Under the pieces are notes generated by a model. It did not search any database. It was not told the origin of the DNA and saw only the letters and a list, made by a program, of their open reading frames with translations. A DNA stretch of 63,548 bases, counting the filler, from Lenisia limosa (lineage: Eukaryota; Protista; Breviatea), in the NCBI GenBank assembly GCA_001655205.1. It is 6 parts of 6 records of this genome, joined end to end, with 100 filler letters (N's around TTAATTAATTAA, not from the genome) between each part and the next. Parts side by side here need not be neighbours in the genome. Positions count along the whole stretch, not along the records: positions 61,807 to 63,548 come from LPNZ01010292.1; 5 more parts are not named here. The stretch is one strand, 5' to 3'. Numbering within the stretch: position 1 is the stretch's first letter; each line of letters begins with the position of its first letter. The position numbers and the translations under genes are program-made. Positions 61,807-63,548 of the stretch are shown piece after piece.

Positions 61807-63398
61807 CACACACACACACACACACATGTACATACAAACATCAGCACCCCCAAACGTGGGCATTGAGACATACAAACATCAGCACCCCCATACGCGGGCA
61901 TTGAGACGCTCAACCTCGGCTTCACGGTCCTCAATGTCGTCAGCAAGGGCCTGGGCCTTCTTCTCAGCACTGCGAGCCTTCTTTTGAGCCTGGGGGGGGG
62001 GGTGAATGGAAAATTCATGAACGTCACTTCTGCAGAATCATTTGCAAAAAAAAAGGGGGAATTTTATAGGGAACTATACCGAAGAATATAACATGAAACA
62101 AAACAGTCAAAGTGTAGAATGGAAACAAAAAAAATGAAGAATGAAAAAGAGGGGGTCCTCCGGGTACCTGGGTGATTCTAATGTCAGCATCCTCGTTCTG
62201 ATCGGCGGCGGAGGACACGCGGCTTTCGGCGTCGGCAAGCTGGGCCTCAACTGCCTCACGTGCACGCTTCTCGCGCTCAAGCTCCTGCAAACATCAGGGC
62301 AGATCATATACTATGATCATTATATGCTTTAATACAGGTTATTTCAAATGCCTGACATTCCCTCGGAAGAGGGATCAAATAATTTTGAATCACATTAATG
62401 AAATGCACTCCCCGACCCGGGGAGCCCCCACGCACCTTCTTAGCCTGGGTGGCCTTCTGAGTGAGAGATTTGGTATCGGCCGAGGCCTTGCCTTCTTGTT
62501 CCTTGAATGGTAAAACCTAATAAAAAAGGGGAAAAAAAAAAAAAAAANNNNNNNNNNNNNNNNNNNNNNNNNNNNNNNNNNNNNNNNNNNNNNNNNNNNN
62601 NNNNNNNNNNNNNNNNNNNNNNNNNNNNNNNNNNNNNNGTTAACTGGTGTTTCACTCCGGTCCCAAAAATCCCGGTAAAATATTGATATTTATCAAAGAT
62701 TTATCTAGAAACTCAGTCTTTATAAGAACCGAAGTGAAGCCCTATCCGTACCTTGAGTTGCTGGAGAGCGGTCTGAGCCTGCTGAAGTTCACGACGGACG
62801 TTCTTGAGCTCCTTCGTCATCTTGATGGTCTTGGCCTGCTCGGTCTTGTACTACGAAGTCAATTTGAGACAGCGAATAACAATAAACAAAGGTATTGCGA
62901 AGCAAATGTGTGGCAGAGAATAACAATAAACAAAGGTACTACGGGGTTATGTCGTGTAGAATGCTAATGAATAAGATCAGTACTACCGAGGTCAATATGG
63001 TGCTGAATGCGAATTAATAAGATCAGTACAACCAAGTCAATATGGTGTTGAATGCGAATTATAAGATAATTCACGTTCTGTAGAAACATCAAAAAGAAAA
63101 GTACTACGGGGTCAATGTGATGATGTTGTTGCATGTGGACTGACAAAAGATGGATCAACGGAAATACACTGGAGAAGGCATTAAGGTTNNNNNNNNNNNN
63201 NNNNNNNNNNNNNNNNNNNNNNNNNNNNNNNNNNNNNNNNNNNNNNNNNNNNNNNNNNNNNNNNNNNNNNNNNNNNNNNNNNNNNNNNNNNNNNNNNNNN
63301 NNNNNNNNNNNNNNNNNNNNNNNNNNNNNTTTTTCTCAGCACGCTTAGCGCTTTCCTCAGCGTCGGCGGCAGTTTCTTCAAGACGGGACATTTCCTCC
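61807..63398 (-). CDS. Long coiled-coil (myosin-tail/tropomyosin-like) protein; internal exons, truncated at both ends
   Basis: Exons EEMSRLEETAADAEESAKRAEK; KTEQAKTIKMTKELKNVRRELQQAQTALQQLK; ELEREKRAREAVEAQLADAESRV...DADIRITQ; AQKKARSAEKKAQALADDIEDREAEVERLNAR. Heptad-like, E/K/A-rich. Confidence 0.75.
61831..61906 (-). repeat. 2 x 38-nt tandem repeat spanning a 5' splice site
   Basis: Sense strand TCTCAATGCCCGC|GTATGGGGGTGCTGATGTTTGTATG then TCTCAATGCCCAC|GTTTGGGGGTGCTGATGTTTGTATG. Confidence 0.9.
62645..62744. mobile_element. MITE family B copy (intronic)
   Basis: TGGTGTTTCACTCCGGTCC ... GAACCGAAGTGAAGCCCTA. Confidence 0.78.
62960..63120. repeat. Intronic ~46-nt degenerate tandem repeat
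   Basis: TAATAAGATCAGTAC(T/A)ACC...GTCAATATGGTG(C/T)TGAATGCGAAT, two copies plus a diverged third. Confidence 0.8.
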
Positions 63399-63527
63399 TG
63401 GGGAGTAAAATTGAAAACATTTTAAATCAAAAAAAAAACACAAATCAACTCTGTTGGCTGATAACAACAAAACAAACAAAGTCTGGGCCAGCCGCTTCTG
63501 CAGCACCGCATCCAATCACTCCAGCAT
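63397..63527 (-). repeat. Intronic repeat family A, full copy ending at the 3' splice site
   Basis: Sense strand GCTGGAGTGATTGGATGCGGTGCTGCAGAAGCGGCTGGCC...TCAGCCAACAGAGTTGATTTG...TTTTCAATTTTACTCCCCAG|exon. Confidence 0.85.
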
Positions 63528-63548
63528 ACAGGGAAGAATTTGGCAAAA

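Overview
Eukaryotic (protist-like, probably flagellated) intron-rich genomic DNA; it is not prokaryotic and not one continuous locus. Five identical 100-nt spacers (44 N + TTAATTAATTAA + 44 N) join six unrelated scaffold pieces: 1-31812, 31913-37425, 37526-41855, 41956-47872, 47973-61706 and 61807-63548. The other N runs look like hard-masked low-complexity sequence. Exons were assembled by hand using GT-AG boundaries, so gene limits are approximate, and family calls rest on recalled motifs, not database searches. Recognisable genes: a BTB/BACK-like protein, FAF2/Ubx2-like UBX protein, a PPC/DUF296 protein, CAAX protease RCE1, a REM-CDC25 RasGEF, a >13 kb receptor-type gene with two degenerate class III cyclase domains, bystin, outer-arm dynein LC4-like EF-hand protein, a STRA6/RBPR2-like membrane protein, glycine cleavage T protein, and several unidentified genes. 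Best leads: (1) an intronic repeat that always lies in the sense orientation and runs up to the 3' splice site (introner-like); (2) repeated tandem duplications centred on splice junctions, including eight in-frame acceptor sites in bystin; (3) a STRA6-like receptor that keeps the C-terminal calmodulin-binding motif, in a non-animal genome; (4) the giant dual pseudo-cyclase receptor; (5) two MITE families.
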